NCBI GenBank assembly: GCA_051439425.1
Contig: JBFRWD010000170.1
Location: forward strand, 1 to 44,740
Direction of reading: 5' to 3'
DNA: 44,740 nt
Origin: Synechococcus sp.
GTDB lineage: Bacteria; Cyanobacteriota; Cyanobacteriia; Thermostichales; PCC-7336
In this document: positions 26,655-36,238 of the stretch, one piece after another
Numbering within the stretch: position 1 is the stretch's first letter
How the letters are laid out: each line of letters begins with the position of its first letter
Translations under genes and position numbers: made by a program
The notes under the pieces: generated by a model
Database searches by the model: none
What the model saw: only the letters and a program-made list of their open reading frames with translations
Told to the model about the DNA's origin: nothing

Positions 26655-29477
26655 TCACAGCCAATTTCCCACCAAAACGAAGGGAGCCCAATAAAACGGG
26701 TGGGAGTATTGAGAGGAGTGAAGCAGAGCAAGCTGGGCCTGCTGCAAAGCTTTTGCTTTGCTGCTGTTTCCCTGTTTCAGAACGGTGTAAAACTCGCCGA
26801 TCGCATCTGCAGTCGAAGCATCCTGAACGGCCCACAGTGTCGCCACCGTACTGCGTGCCCCCGACCGCACCGCCATTCCCGCCAAGCCTAACGCGGCTCG
26901 GTTATCTCCCACTGCTGTTTGGCAGGCACTGAGCACCAATAGCTCGATCGGACGATCGCGCCGACTGAGTAACAGCGCATCCAGATCTTTGACGTTAATG
27001 CGATCGTTCCACGTAATCAGAAACGTATCTTCCGAGCGGGATGACAGTTGGGCGTGGGAGGCAATATGTACCAGCGGATAGGTCGCTGTCATTGCTAGCT
27101 CCTGAAACCGCTCTCGCGTGAAATCGCCATCCAAGATCGCATCAGTGGGGGCAAGTTCGGCAATCTTGGCAACTTCCTGTTTGACCCCCGGTAGCGAGGC
27201 AAACCCTTGCCGGGACTCTGCTATTCCGCCCGCCAGAACATTGGTATTCTCCAGCGCTAACACCTCAGCATCCAGTAGTTGCAATCCGGGCGTCAGGGAA
27301 ACGGCGTAACTCTCGATTAGATATCGCTCGCCATCGTGCAACGCTGCCACAGGAATTCCGCGTAGATATCCGTCCAGAACAAACACCAATGTTTCGATGT
27401 CGTTGTTTTGCAACGTGGTTTCGGCAGGCCGAATGAGCCAGTCGTACAGTTGCTGATGGGGCTGGAGGGGAGTCGGACTGAAATAAGCTGGGTTTAACTC
27501 ACCCAACAAGTGTTCGAAGGTTTGTTCCACCAAAGCCGTTCCCTGCCCCTCGGGGGCGAGAGCGAAGTCAGTCGAGTAGAGCATCAGAGGCTGATTGGCG
27601 ACAGACAAAATAACAGCCAATCGTCCGGGCAGCAGAATCGAGTAGAACACGGCTGCCTTGGAGTCGATCGCATCGATGGCCTGCTCCTGCTGAGTTTCGC
27701 AGGCTTCGCGAAAGTAATCGTTCAGCTCTGCCAACTGCAAAGATTCAATAGCCGATCTGGCTTGCTGAAGCTCTGCTTGGGTCGGATTTTCTGGCTGCAA
27801 AAGCAAGTCAACGTATTCTCGATAGACGGGTTCGACGCTGTCTCGAAAGTTGAATTGAATTTCGGGTGAGACAGCCACTAGATCGGTTCTCAGCCCATCC
27901 AGCGTATTGACCGCCAGCCGGTAGGCATTCAAGGCGCGCTCTCGCTCTTCTGTCTGCCGGTAAATACGTCCTAGTTGCCACTGCCAAAGATAGGCGGCGC
28001 TAGGAACATCAAAGGCTGTAATTTTTTGCAGAGCTTGAGTGGTGAACTGATTGGCTCTAGACTCGTCACCCATTTGCAGGGCGATCGCACCCATATAACC
28101 GAGAGCGAAGGACTCAGAGACACCATCTCCCAATTCTTCGGCGCGATCGCGAGCGATCTCTGCGTAGCGTTGCAACTGGCTCCAGCTTGGCTGCGATTGA
28201 CGATCTGCCTCTGAATTGGGCTCAGAAGGGGGAGTGTATGGCTGGCAGTCTTGTAGCAGGGGGGATTGGACTCCGTCTGTTCCTCTCGATTGGAGACACA
28301 TCCCGGTTTGGATGAGATTGAGGCGAGCTGTGATGGTAGCGCTGCTGTTCGGCAGATCTTCGATACGGGTTTGCAACGGCTCCAACGGAGGAAGAGAGAG
28401 AGTTGTTACCCCATCGGTACGGGCGGCCAGGGCTGCTTGGTTCAAGCGAGCTTGTAATGTTTCGAGGTCAGAAGGGGAGCTAGCGGCCTGCTGAAAGCAT
28501 TGGTTGGCTTGGCGAAAAAAAGCGGCAGGGTCAGTTGTTTCGAGAGGCTCTGTGCAACTTGTGGGGGATGGGGGAACAGCCTCTGGTTGCTCTGAACGGG
28601 GTGTAGATTGGTTCGATTGGCGGATTCCTAAGGCTTGGGCTGTGTTGCCGAGCGCGATCGCCCATTGGCCACCCAATAGTGTGGACTCAGATGGTTCCAG
28701 CAGCGGCCCTATCGCAATCAATAGGTCGTAGGACGATCGCAGTTGCCCCGTGACGCGCAGCATCGTTCCTAGATTGAGTAAGGCTTGCAGTCTTAAGGAT
28801 GAGGGTAGTTCGGCACTGGAGGATTCGGCAGAAAAAAGTGTTTCAGGATTGGGAAGCTGGCAGCGATCGCTATCTTCTCCCAACACCTCCAGCAAGTTGG
28901 TACAAGCACTGGAGTACAAACCCAGAGTTTGTCGGGCGCGGGCTTGGTTGATTTGGCTGGAAGCTGTGCGATCGGTAATTCCTAATTGTCGATAGATTGA
29001 TTCAGTCTCTTGCCATAGAACCAACGCATCTCTAGATTGTCCGGTAGAGAACTTCAGTTGAGCTTGAGTGTCTAGTGCATTGGCCAGTACCCGCTGTTGA
29101 TCTGGATTTGCGTCGTAACGGCGGAGGATACTGATGCTCGTTTGAACGGAGTCACTAGCGTCCGACCAGCGGCCTAACTGTTGCGCACTGAGGGAAAGAT
29201 TGGTTAGGGCCATAGCCTGATTGAGGTGATCGCCTTGCTCCTCAAAAGAATTGGCAGCTTGCTCCCATATTGGTAGAGCCTCAGAAAAGCGCTCGGATGT
29301 ATAGAGTTCTTGAGCGGTTTCAACCAACTGACCCACATCGGACTGGGCGTTAACAGGTTGGTTGCTGTGAACAGAGAATACGGTTAGTACAGCAATGCTG
29401 AAGACCAGAACAGAAGCGATCGTGGCAATGATACGTTTCCATTGCCTTATCTTCCTCCATTGTCTGGCGGTAGTCAT
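26655..29477 (-). CDS. Exported TPR-CHAT (caspase-like) protease
   Basis: N-terminal hydrophobic signal/anchor, TPR helices, YLWQWQLGR, FNFRDSVEPVYRE, LQLAELNDYF, LYDWLIRP, catalytic His in HIASHA and Cys in LSACQT, HPFYWAPFVLVGNWL. Confidence 0.93.
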   Translation of the reverse strand: MTTARQWRKIRQWKRIIATIASVLVFSIAVLTVFSVHSNQPVNAQSDVGQLVETAQELYTSERFSEALPIWEQAANSFEEQGDHLNQAMALTNLSLSAQQLGRWSDASDSVQTSISILRRYDANPDQQRVLANALDTQAQLKFSTGQSRDALVLWQETESIYRQLGITDRTASSQINQARARQTLGLYSSACTNLLEVLGEDSDRCQLPNPETLFSAESSSAELPSSLRLQALLNLGTMLRVTGQLRSSYDLLIAIGPLLEPSESTLLGGQWAIALGNTAQALGIRQSNQSTPRSEQPEAVPPSPTSCTEPLETTDPAAFFRQANQCFQQAASSPSDLETLQARLNQAALAARTDGVTTLSLPPLEPLQTRIEDLPNSSATITARLNLIQTGMCLQSRGTDGVQSPLLQDCQPYTPPSEPNSEADRQSQPSWSQLQRYAEIARDRAEELGDGVSESFALGYMGAIALQMGDESRANQFTTQALQKITAFDVPSAAYLWQWQLGRIYRQTEERERALNAYRLAVNTLDGLRTDLVAVSPEIQFNFRDSVEPVYREYVDLLLQPENPTQAELQQARSAIESLQLAELNDYFREACETQQEQAIDAIDSKAAVFYSILLPGRLAVILSVANQPLMLYSTDFALAPEGQGTALVEQTFEHLLGELNPAYFSPTPLQPHQQLYDWLIRPAETTLQNNDIETLVFVLDGYLRGIPVAALHDGERYLIESYAVSLTPGLQLLDAEVLALENTNVLAGGIAESRQGFASLPGVKQEVAKIAELAPTDAILDGDFTRERFQELAMTATYPLVHIASHAQLSSRSEDTFLITWNDRINVKDLDALLLSRRDRPIELLVLSACQTAVGDNRAALGLAGMAVRSGARSTVATLWAVQDASTADAIGEFYTVLKQGNSSKAKALQQAQLALLHSSQYSHPFYWAPFVLVGNWL

Positions 29478-29636
29478 TGAAATGCTGCTCCCGCTAGCTC
29501 ACATGGACATTGGGTGGGGGGCGCAGAAAGTTGTCTTGCTCTCTCAATCTAATTAGTTGACTAGAACTGCAGTTATATACTTCTTATCTCTTAAGCTCAG
29601 ACGCATATGCACGTGTCTGGCAGCTTACGAGCCTGA

Positions 29637-31877
29637 CTAGTGGCCCGAACACAAACCGCTATGGCTGGGAAGTCGCTGAGAGGCTATCTCAGCCGGATCG
29701 TGAGCAGTTAAAAGCACTTCACCCTTGTCATTCCAGACCCATCCCCAAGCAGGTGTAACTCCAGCTGCTTGAGCTATAGATTCGCCCTCAAAGCTGTCAG
29801 AGGGGAATGAGCTTTCAGAATCTCGATCTGGTATGTCCACAGGTTCGGCTAAATCGGTTGGTATCAGCCCCTCTGGAGAAAGAGTATTTCCAGGGCTAGA
29901 AGGAATTCCCCCACTTCCTTCGACAACAAATTCACTCTCAAATCCCTCTGGACAGGGGCTGGCAGAGACAAGACTGTCGATATCTACAACTGTGTCAGGT
30001 AGCGATTCTAAGTTATTGCTGGGGTCGAGGTCGGGAGTGTTGAGTTTTACGAGGCCACTGAATTGAGGCCCGAGGGCAGAACTTGCTGTGATGTCGCTTT
30101 CTGGAGTAAGACGATCTCGAAATTCGGTACCCAAAATACCTTCAGCATTAATTGTGATCGTACCCCCGAAGTTATTAATGGCGTTTGCAGTGATGTCACT
30201 GTTCTCTAAGGCAACTAGATTATCAACATCAATTCGAATATTGCCGCCAGGGTCTTGTCCCGATGCATCTGTAGAAATGCGACTGCCTCTCCTTAGGATT
30301 AAATCTCTAAGGAATAGGTTAATGTTACCTCTATCTCCAATTGTTTCTGCAGATGTTTGAGAGTCGATGAGAGCGTTATTGTCGAACTTTAAATCTTCAG
30401 CGGTGATAACCAAAATATTTCCAGCATCACCGGTTCCTTCCGCAGAGGTAGAAATAAAGGCTCCATCGCGTAAGGAGAAATTTCCAGCATTGATATTTAT
30501 ATTTCCTGCATTACCTGCCCCAAAGCTTCGGCTACTAAGACCTGACGGAAATATTTCTCCGTTAGAAAGAAGCCCTTGAGCACTGATGTCTATCGAGTTG
30601 TTAGCTGTGATATCAATATCTCCACCAGCGCCATCTTCAAAGGTTTCGCTGAGAATCTGAACCCCATTCCGCAAAGAAAGTGTGTTCGATTTAATACTGA
30701 TATTCCCCGCCATACCAAGACCTAGTGTTGAGACCCCTAATGTGATAAATCCACTCTCAGCATCAACATCTATAACATCGCTATTAATTTTAATATCCCC
30801 TCCATCTGCATTAGAAAGTGTCCCTGCTCGAATACTGGTTTCAGGACCAATAGTAAGCTCGCTTGACTTAAACAAAATGTCACCTGCGTTACCCCGTCCA
30901 ACAGTTGTAGAACTGATAGCTACCACTTCAGTAAGTTCAATCAAACCGGGAGAGTAGAGTGTAATATTCCCACTATTTCCTGGGTCAAAAGGACTTTTTG
31001 TAGAAAAGATCGCTGTGCCCAAACCTAGAGATAGAGGGTCTCCAAACAAGGTTACATCTCCACTTGAGATTGAAGATAAAGGAGGAGGAGGTGTAATGAT
31101 CGAAGTTTGTTCTAAAATAGTCGAACCATAATGGTCAATGTTTTCATAGTCGACAGAAAAGCGATTTGACGAAAATTTGATATTAGCTGAACCATTATCA
31201 CCCACAGCTCCAATAGTAACAAAACTACCCTGCGAAGATATTATGGTATTAATTAATGATATGTCACCACCTATAAGAGCGATCTCGTTGCCGCTACTTA
31301 CTTGAAAGCTAGCTCCATCTGAAAAAATTGAAGCAGGTTCTCGAAATAACAAAGAAGTTGGAACATTGACAACCAGCTCTAGAGGAATAGTATTAGCTTG
31401 TTCGGCACTAAAAGCAAAATCTTCATCAAAAACGATACTTTCTGCTGTTGAGGCAACAAAAGAGCCATTCAATTGCAGGCTTGTATTTGAATTGAAAAAT
31501 ATTCCATTTGGGTTAACAAAAAATAGGTCGGCATTTCCAATGACACCCAATCTACCATAAATATCCGATGGATTGTTGCCAGTAACTCTTGAAAAAATTG
31601 AAGCGATCTCTTCGCCGGTTGATGAATTTAACGCATCAAAGAAAACATCGCTGGAAGTATCAACATTAAATTCCTCGAAGCTATGGAAGAGTAGCTCTCC
31701 TCGTTGCTCACCACCAATAATACGTTTAATATCTCTTCCTTCAAAGATATCATCAACAATGTTAGTTGAGGTTGAGCCATCGCGGATCAATCTTTGCGCG
31801 TTAACTTTCGAGTCTGACTGAATAAATGCCAGTAGAATCCCTAAAAATGATATAGCTGAAATGAGAGGTCTATTCAT
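29637..31877 (-). CDS. Filamentous-haemagglutinin-family exoprotein (TpsA)
   Basis: Signal peptide ending VNAQ, TPS domain (LFHSFEEFNV, IFSRVTG, FFVNPNGI), G-x-A-G-N/D-I beta-helix repeats, SDITASS, C-terminal GGIP...AWGWVWNDKGEVLL. Confidence 0.92.
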   Translation of the reverse strand: MNRPLISAISFLGILLAFIQSDSKVNAQRLIRDGSTSTNIVDDIFEGRDIKRIIGGEQRGELLFHSFEEFNVDTSSDVFFDALNSSTGEEIASIFSRVTGNNPSDIYGRLGVIGNADLFFVNPNGIFFNSNTSLQLNGSFVASTAESIVFDEDFAFSAEQANTIPLELVVNVPTSLLFREPASIFSDGASFQVSSGNEIALIGGDISLINTIISSQGSFVTIGAVGDNGSANIKFSSNRFSVDYENIDHYGSTILEQTSIITPPPPLSSISSGDVTLFGDPLSLGLGTAIFSTKSPFDPGNSGNITLYSPGLIELTEVVAISSTTVGRGNAGDILFKSSELTIGPETSIRAGTLSNADGGDIKINSDVIDVDAESGFITLGVSTLGLGMAGNISIKSNTLSLRNGVQILSETFEDGAGGDIDITANNSIDISAQGLLSNGEIFPSGLSSRSFGAGNAGNININAGNFSLRDGAFISTSAEGTGDAGNILVITAEDLKFDNNALIDSQTSAETIGDRGNINLFLRDLILRRGSRISTDASGQDPGGNIRIDVDNLVALENSDITANAINNFGGTITINAEGILGTEFRDRLTPESDITASSALGPQFSGLVKLNTPDLDPSNNLESLPDTVVDIDSLVSASPCPEGFESEFVVEGSGGIPSSPGNTLSPEGLIPTDLAEPVDIPDRDSESSFPSDSFEGESIAQAAGVTPAWGWVWNDKGEVLLTAHDPAEIASQRLPSHSGLCSGH

Positions 31878-31963
31878 ATCTTTATGAACCTAACTCAAAA
31901 TATTCCTAGGATACATGCGACCGAATGATTACTATGCTTTAGCTCTATATATGCAATCTTATT

Positions 31964-32038
31964 GCCGCCCCAAGGGCCGACAGGCCGCTTGTCCCCGCAG
32001 CAAGCTGACAGGGAATGGGCGACCCTTTTTTGATCGAT
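31964..32038. repeat. GC-rich hairpin element related to 3209-3245
   Basis: TCCCCGCAGCAAGCTGACAGGGAATGGGCGACCCTTTTTTGATC in an AT-rich intergenic region. It aligns with the reverse complement of 3209-3245 (CGCGGCAAGCCACGGGGAATCAGACCCAATAGTGATT). Confidence 0.5.
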
Positions 32039-32043
32039 CAACC

Positions 32044-32457
32044 TTAAGGACAAGATGTTGAGTTCGTACTACTCTGTATGCATTGTTTGGGACCTGACCC
32101 TGGTATGTTTACCGTTCCAGGAAAGCAGTTTCCACCCACACTTTTTTTGATATAGCATTGAACTACATTAACTTGCTCGTTTTTTGGGTTTACCTGAGAA
32201 CTATCACCTTTGTAACATCCCACCGCATTCGTTGCTCCCCATACTTTCCATTTAGATCTAAAAGTACCTAATGTTCCATTCGATTTTATATAAATCCCAT
32301 CGCAATTTTTCTTTTCCTTAATAAGGACTGCTGGCACAATTGGGCTGAGTGCATTTGCCGGTAATGTAACTGAAGAAAACAGTATCAACGTGATGGATAG
32401 CGTGCACATCAAGCTCATGAAAATGTTTCTCAACTTTGACTGAAGTCCTAAACTCAT
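32044..32457 (-). CDS. Small exported Cys-rich hypothetical protein (137 aa)
   Basis: GGAGAGG SD, signal peptide ending LPANA, six Cys in a basic mature region. AT-rich. Confidence 0.8.
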   Translation of the reverse strand: MSLGLQSKLRNIFMSLMCTLSITLILFSSVTLPANALSPIVPAVLIKEKKNCDGIYIKSNGTLGTFRSKWKVWGATNAVGCYKGDSSQVNPKNEQVNVVQCYIKKSVGGNCFPGTVNIPGSGPKQCIQSSTNSTSCP

Positions 32458-32718
32458 AAGTTTCCTCTCCTCTTTTCTGAAGACTTTAAGTCAACGTTGC
32501 TAAACATAGTCAAGATCTAATAATATCTTAAAGATCAGCTTGATAGATTGATTATATTAGGTTTAAAATTATAGAAATTAGTCATCATTAATACAGCTTA
32601 TTCTTGCAAGCAAATCATGATGTCTTGAAAAGCATTGCTTTAAGTTTTGAATTATCTTTTGGTTCTTGCAATAAGCAAGTTTTTTGTAGATGAACTTAAA
32701 TCGTATGTATCTACATGG

Positions 32719-34512
32719 CTAAAATGGTGAATAAGTGATTTGAAAGAGCAGGCCACTCTCTTGTAAGGTTCTCTCTCGATTTGGCCTATCTATCAAAGGG
32801 ACCCCCCAATCTAGTCGAGCATTAAATTCATCACTCATTTGCCATTGCGCTCCAATGCCAACTCCTAATAAATCTGAATCATCAGGATCGCCCCTGTTCC
32901 CGACATTCCAGCCAACGCCATAGTCAATGAACGGAATCAGTTTAAACACTCCATCCACTGACGAAATTCTGAAGATAGGAAATGCTGTTTCGGCGGAAAT
33001 AAACCAGCCGCTATCTGTCAGGAGGGAATCCTGACGATATCCGCGAACGCTATTTAATCCACCTAAGTTGAACTGCTCCTGGATCAGTAGCGGGCGATCG
33101 GCCAACTGAAGATTGGAACGTGTTGAAAACAAAATGTCGGCGGGGAATCTACGGACGTATTGCACTTGACCTTGCCAAGTAACAAAGCTACTGTCCGGAT
33201 AACTAGAATTGTCGGTCGCACCAAATGCATCCAAACCGACACTGACTTGAGAACGGGCTGCAAACACATCGTTGACGCTCCGCTCCGTCCAATCTTGTGA
33301 AAGTCGCAACGCTGTTATCCGGACGCGGCCATCACGATCTGCCCCCTCAGACAACCGCACTCCTTGACCAAATATTTTGGTTTGACTGGACTGCCCCGTC
33401 ACTGCCAAGCCAACAGCCACTTCTCGATTGGGGTTACGCACGATCGGCTGTCGAAACCCCGCACTCCAATAAAAAGACTCTCCAGTTAAATCGATACGAT
33501 CGAAGGGGTCTTCTACAACTTCTGTATCGTTAAGACCTCCCGACAATTCAAACGTTCCATCCCGTCCATTGAATGGAATGCTGTACGAGAAGTCCCCAGC
33601 ATTGCTGCCATCAGTATTGGTATACGTCCCCATCAGTTCATCGCCAAATCCCAACAGGTTACGGTGCCCGAGGGTAATCCCTCTGCGAATGGTTCCGACT
33701 GAAGGCACCCGTCCGTTGTTCGTAAAAATTTCTAAGCGAAATGGATTTGCTTCCTCTACTACAATCGCCAAAACGCCTGAGTTAGCCCGAGTGCCCGCCG
33801 ACAAATCAGCAGAAACCGAATCGATCAGAGGGTCAAGTTGTAGCAGCTGCAGGGCTTCTAAAATTTTCTGTTGATTGAGGGCACCCGCTGTTGCTACTTC
33901 CAAACGGCTTCGCAGGTAAGAGTCCCTCAATCGACGAGTTCCCGATATCTCGATCGCTTCCAGCTCCCCTTCAATTACGCTGACTGTCACGACTGCATTC
34001 GTGGGAGATAGTGCTTGGTTGGCCTCAATAACTGCTCCAGAACTGATAAAACCGTCCTGCGAATACACCTCTTCAATAACCGTTTCAACTTCCAACAACT
34101 CCACAAAAGTTAGCGGTTTACCGACATAACGTTCAAGAGTGGAGGCTAGTTGGCGATTGCTAAACGCCGTATTCCCTTCAAACTCAAACCTTTCAACGAC
34201 GATTGTTGCTGGAGCGACAGGAGCATCATCCCAACCCTCTTCCGCAGATGTATCGGATAGTGGCTCCTCTTCATCACTGCTGTCAGAGGATGGTGGTGAT
34301 TCTGGCAGCGTTAACTGTGCAATATAAGTGCGACAACTATTCGTATTCGTGTGGAAAGCTGGCGAGCTTGCAACAGCAGAGCCGGTGCTTCCAGAGAGGC
34401 CAAGCATACCGGTCATTCCGAAGGATATTATCCCCGCCAATCTTAGCTTCAGAGCAATAGAGAGTTTATGAGAAGGGAGTATTACTGCCAATGGCTCGGT
34501 TCCAAGTGACAT
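32719..34512 (-). CDS. ShlB/FhaC/HecB-family outer membrane transporter (TpsB)
   Basis: POTRA domains (VERFEFEGNTAF...Y...GFISSGA; VIEGEL), VRGY loop motif, FIDYG, C-terminal Phe. Confidence 0.94.
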   Translation of the reverse strand: MSLGTEPLAVILPSHKLSIALKLRLAGIISFGMTGMLGLSGSTGSAVASSPAFHTNTNSCRTYIAQLTLPESPPSSDSSDEEEPLSDTSAEEGWDDAPVAPATIVVERFEFEGNTAFSNRQLASTLERYVGKPLTFVELLEVETVIEEVYSQDGFISSGAVIEANQALSPTNAVVTVSVIEGELEAIEISGTRRLRDSYLRSRLEVATAGALNQQKILEALQLLQLDPLIDSVSADLSAGTRANSGVLAIVVEEANPFRLEIFTNNGRVPSVGTIRRGITLGHRNLLGFGDELMGTYTNTDGSNAGDFSYSIPFNGRDGTFELSGGLNDTEVVEDPFDRIDLTGESFYWSAGFRQPIVRNPNREVAVGLAVTGQSSQTKIFGQGVRLSEGADRDGRVRITALRLSQDWTERSVNDVFAARSQVSVGLDAFGATDNSSYPDSSFVTWQGQVQYVRRFPADILFSTRSNLQLADRPLLIQEQFNLGGLNSVRGYRQDSLLTDSGWFISAETAFPIFRISSVDGVFKLIPFIDYGVGWNVGNRGDPDDSDLLGVGIGAQWQMSDEFNARLDWGVPLIDRPNRERTLQESGLLFQITYSPF

Positions 34513-34846
34513 CCAAAATGCTAAGAATCACAATTGAGATGAGAGCCAAAATAAATCTAAAATTTATTTCAAGTGAAGCCTAAAGATAACTTACTATCTC
34601 TGAATGGTTGATGCAAATGAAATCTCTCTTTCTCAAAACAACTATGAGGAACGAAGAAACCCTGTCAGACTGATTCCAAATTCGTTGCTAATTGATAGCA
34701 ACCCTCCATGCTGCCAAGCGATTGCCCTAGAAAAACTGTTATCGCAATCCGCTGTAAGGTTTGAAGGGTAGTAGATCGCAAAATGCCTTTGTTTGCAGAG
34801 AAAAATGCCAGGAAACTCTCAAAATCAGATTGGCTATCTCACTATA

Positions 34847-36238
34847 TTAATCCCTGTTATTGGCAAGTCGAGACTGAAAATACACTCTGTATAAGCCACA
34901 GCTGAATCCTAATTGACCAGTTATTGTGTCGAGTAACCCCAAACTATTCAAACGGTGCAAAACATGGGGCTCTAAGTTCGCGGATTCTGTGGCATTCAAA
35001 ATTAACCGCACAGCATTAAGAAGCTCCGGTCGATCGCTCAGTGTCTCCCACTGTCGCTGTAGGTGGTGGCTGTAAATGCCGCTGTGGGTGGCTGCCGTTG
35101 ATAGCAATTCTGACAGGTCGGTGCTTCCTCTACTCAGGTGATAGATGGCCACATGTACCAATGCAGGCTGTCCTCCCAGCACCGTACTCAGTTGGTTGAT
35201 ATCGGTCTCCGACAGTGCGACTTGGTAGCGTTGCGCTAACTGTTGGATGTCTCGATCCGTGAATGGTGTTACTTGGACAGGCAGGCCAACATTAAAAGGA
35301 GATTGGTGGTAGTTCAACTGCACGTACACATCGGTGGAATGCACCATCACAATGCGCAATTTTTGCCAAACGGGAATTCTCTTTGACTCCTCGTACCACG
35401 AGCGAATTAACGGTAGGAAATCCTGAGCAATATTAGGATATTCAAAGATTTGATTAACCTGATTGATCACTAAGATTACTGGCCGCTCGACAGTATCCAA
35501 AATTGTCTGCAAGCATAAGGTGCTGCTCAGTTTGCACCCCATTTCTGCATCCCAATAATTGTCGAGATTTGACTTGAGCTGTAGTTGGAATGCGATATTG
35601 ACCAGCATCCACCGCAACAGGCGATCGAGGTGGGTCAAGATATCGCTATCCGCCTGCTCGAAATTAATGTAGACGCTAGTAAAGCCTTTCTGTTTGAGAG
35701 TATCTAAGACCCTCAAAATAATTGACGTTTTTCCCATTTCCTGGGGGGCTTTTAAGCGCACTAGTGCTCCCGATTGAGTTAATTCCTGCTCGATTTTGGT
35801 CTCAATCTCCGTGCGTTCGATATAAAAATTCGAACCGAGGGAAATGGCGCCGCTAGGATATTGCGAGGACTTCAAAATAGGACTCGATGCTTCATTATGC
35901 GATGCACTATTGGCACTGGAGTCCGGTTCTGGATTCTGGGGTTGTGCAACTAGCGCTTCAGACTGCTCTTCGAAATATCGCTTGAGAGCTTCTTTGAAAT
36001 TTGTCTTGCGGACTTTTTCTCCCAAAGACTCAGACAAAATCTTCCAGAGTTTGGGAGCTACATCTTGACTGATATATCCGGTTGAATATTGGGCTTTTGC
36101 GGCAATGGTGTCGTAATCGCTACGCTCCCAAGAACCTTCGAATACAACCGTCTCAATGTCGGTGAGATACCGATTGGCGGTGGTATGGACCAACTGATTA
36201 GCCAGTCTGAGGGCTGTCTCCAGGTTAAATGCTGTCAT
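34847..36238 (-). CDS. HTH-like domain plus AAA_35/STAND-like domain protein with degenerate Walker B
   Basis: N-terminal L...E..VFEGSW...Y..IA....YS.GYI..DVAPKLWK.LS..LGEKV.K.NF domain seen on cyanobacterial NB-ARC/AAA proteins. Then YPSGAI.L.S.FYIER, KAPQEMGKTS, ILVINQVNQIF, QSPFNVG, GGQPALV. Confidence 0.88.
   Translation of the reverse strand: MTAFNLETALRLANQLVHTTANRYLTDIETVVFEGSWERSDYDTIAAKAQYSTGYISQDVAPKLWKILSESLGEKVRKTNFKEALKRYFEEQSEALVAQPQNPEPDSSANSASHNEASSPILKSSQYPSGAISLGSNFYIERTEIETKIEQELTQSGALVRLKAPQEMGKTSIILRVLDTLKQKGFTSVYINFEQADSDILTHLDRLLRWMLVNIAFQLQLKSNLDNYWDAEMGCKLSSTLCLQTILDTVERPVILVINQVNQIFEYPNIAQDFLPLIRSWYEESKRIPVWQKLRIVMVHSTDVYVQLNYHQSPFNVGLPVQVTPFTDRDIQQLAQRYQVALSETDINQLSTVLGGQPALVHVAIYHLSRGSTDLSELLSTAATHSGIYSHHLQRQWETLSDRPELLNAVRLILNATESANLEPHVLHRLNSLGLLDTITGQLGFSCGLYRVYFQSRLANNRD

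Noticed and set aside
29637..34512. Contact-dependent inhibition (cdiBAI) locus
   Set aside because: TpsA is short and lacks a VENN or toxin C-terminus. The small gene is upstream and exported, unlike CdiI.
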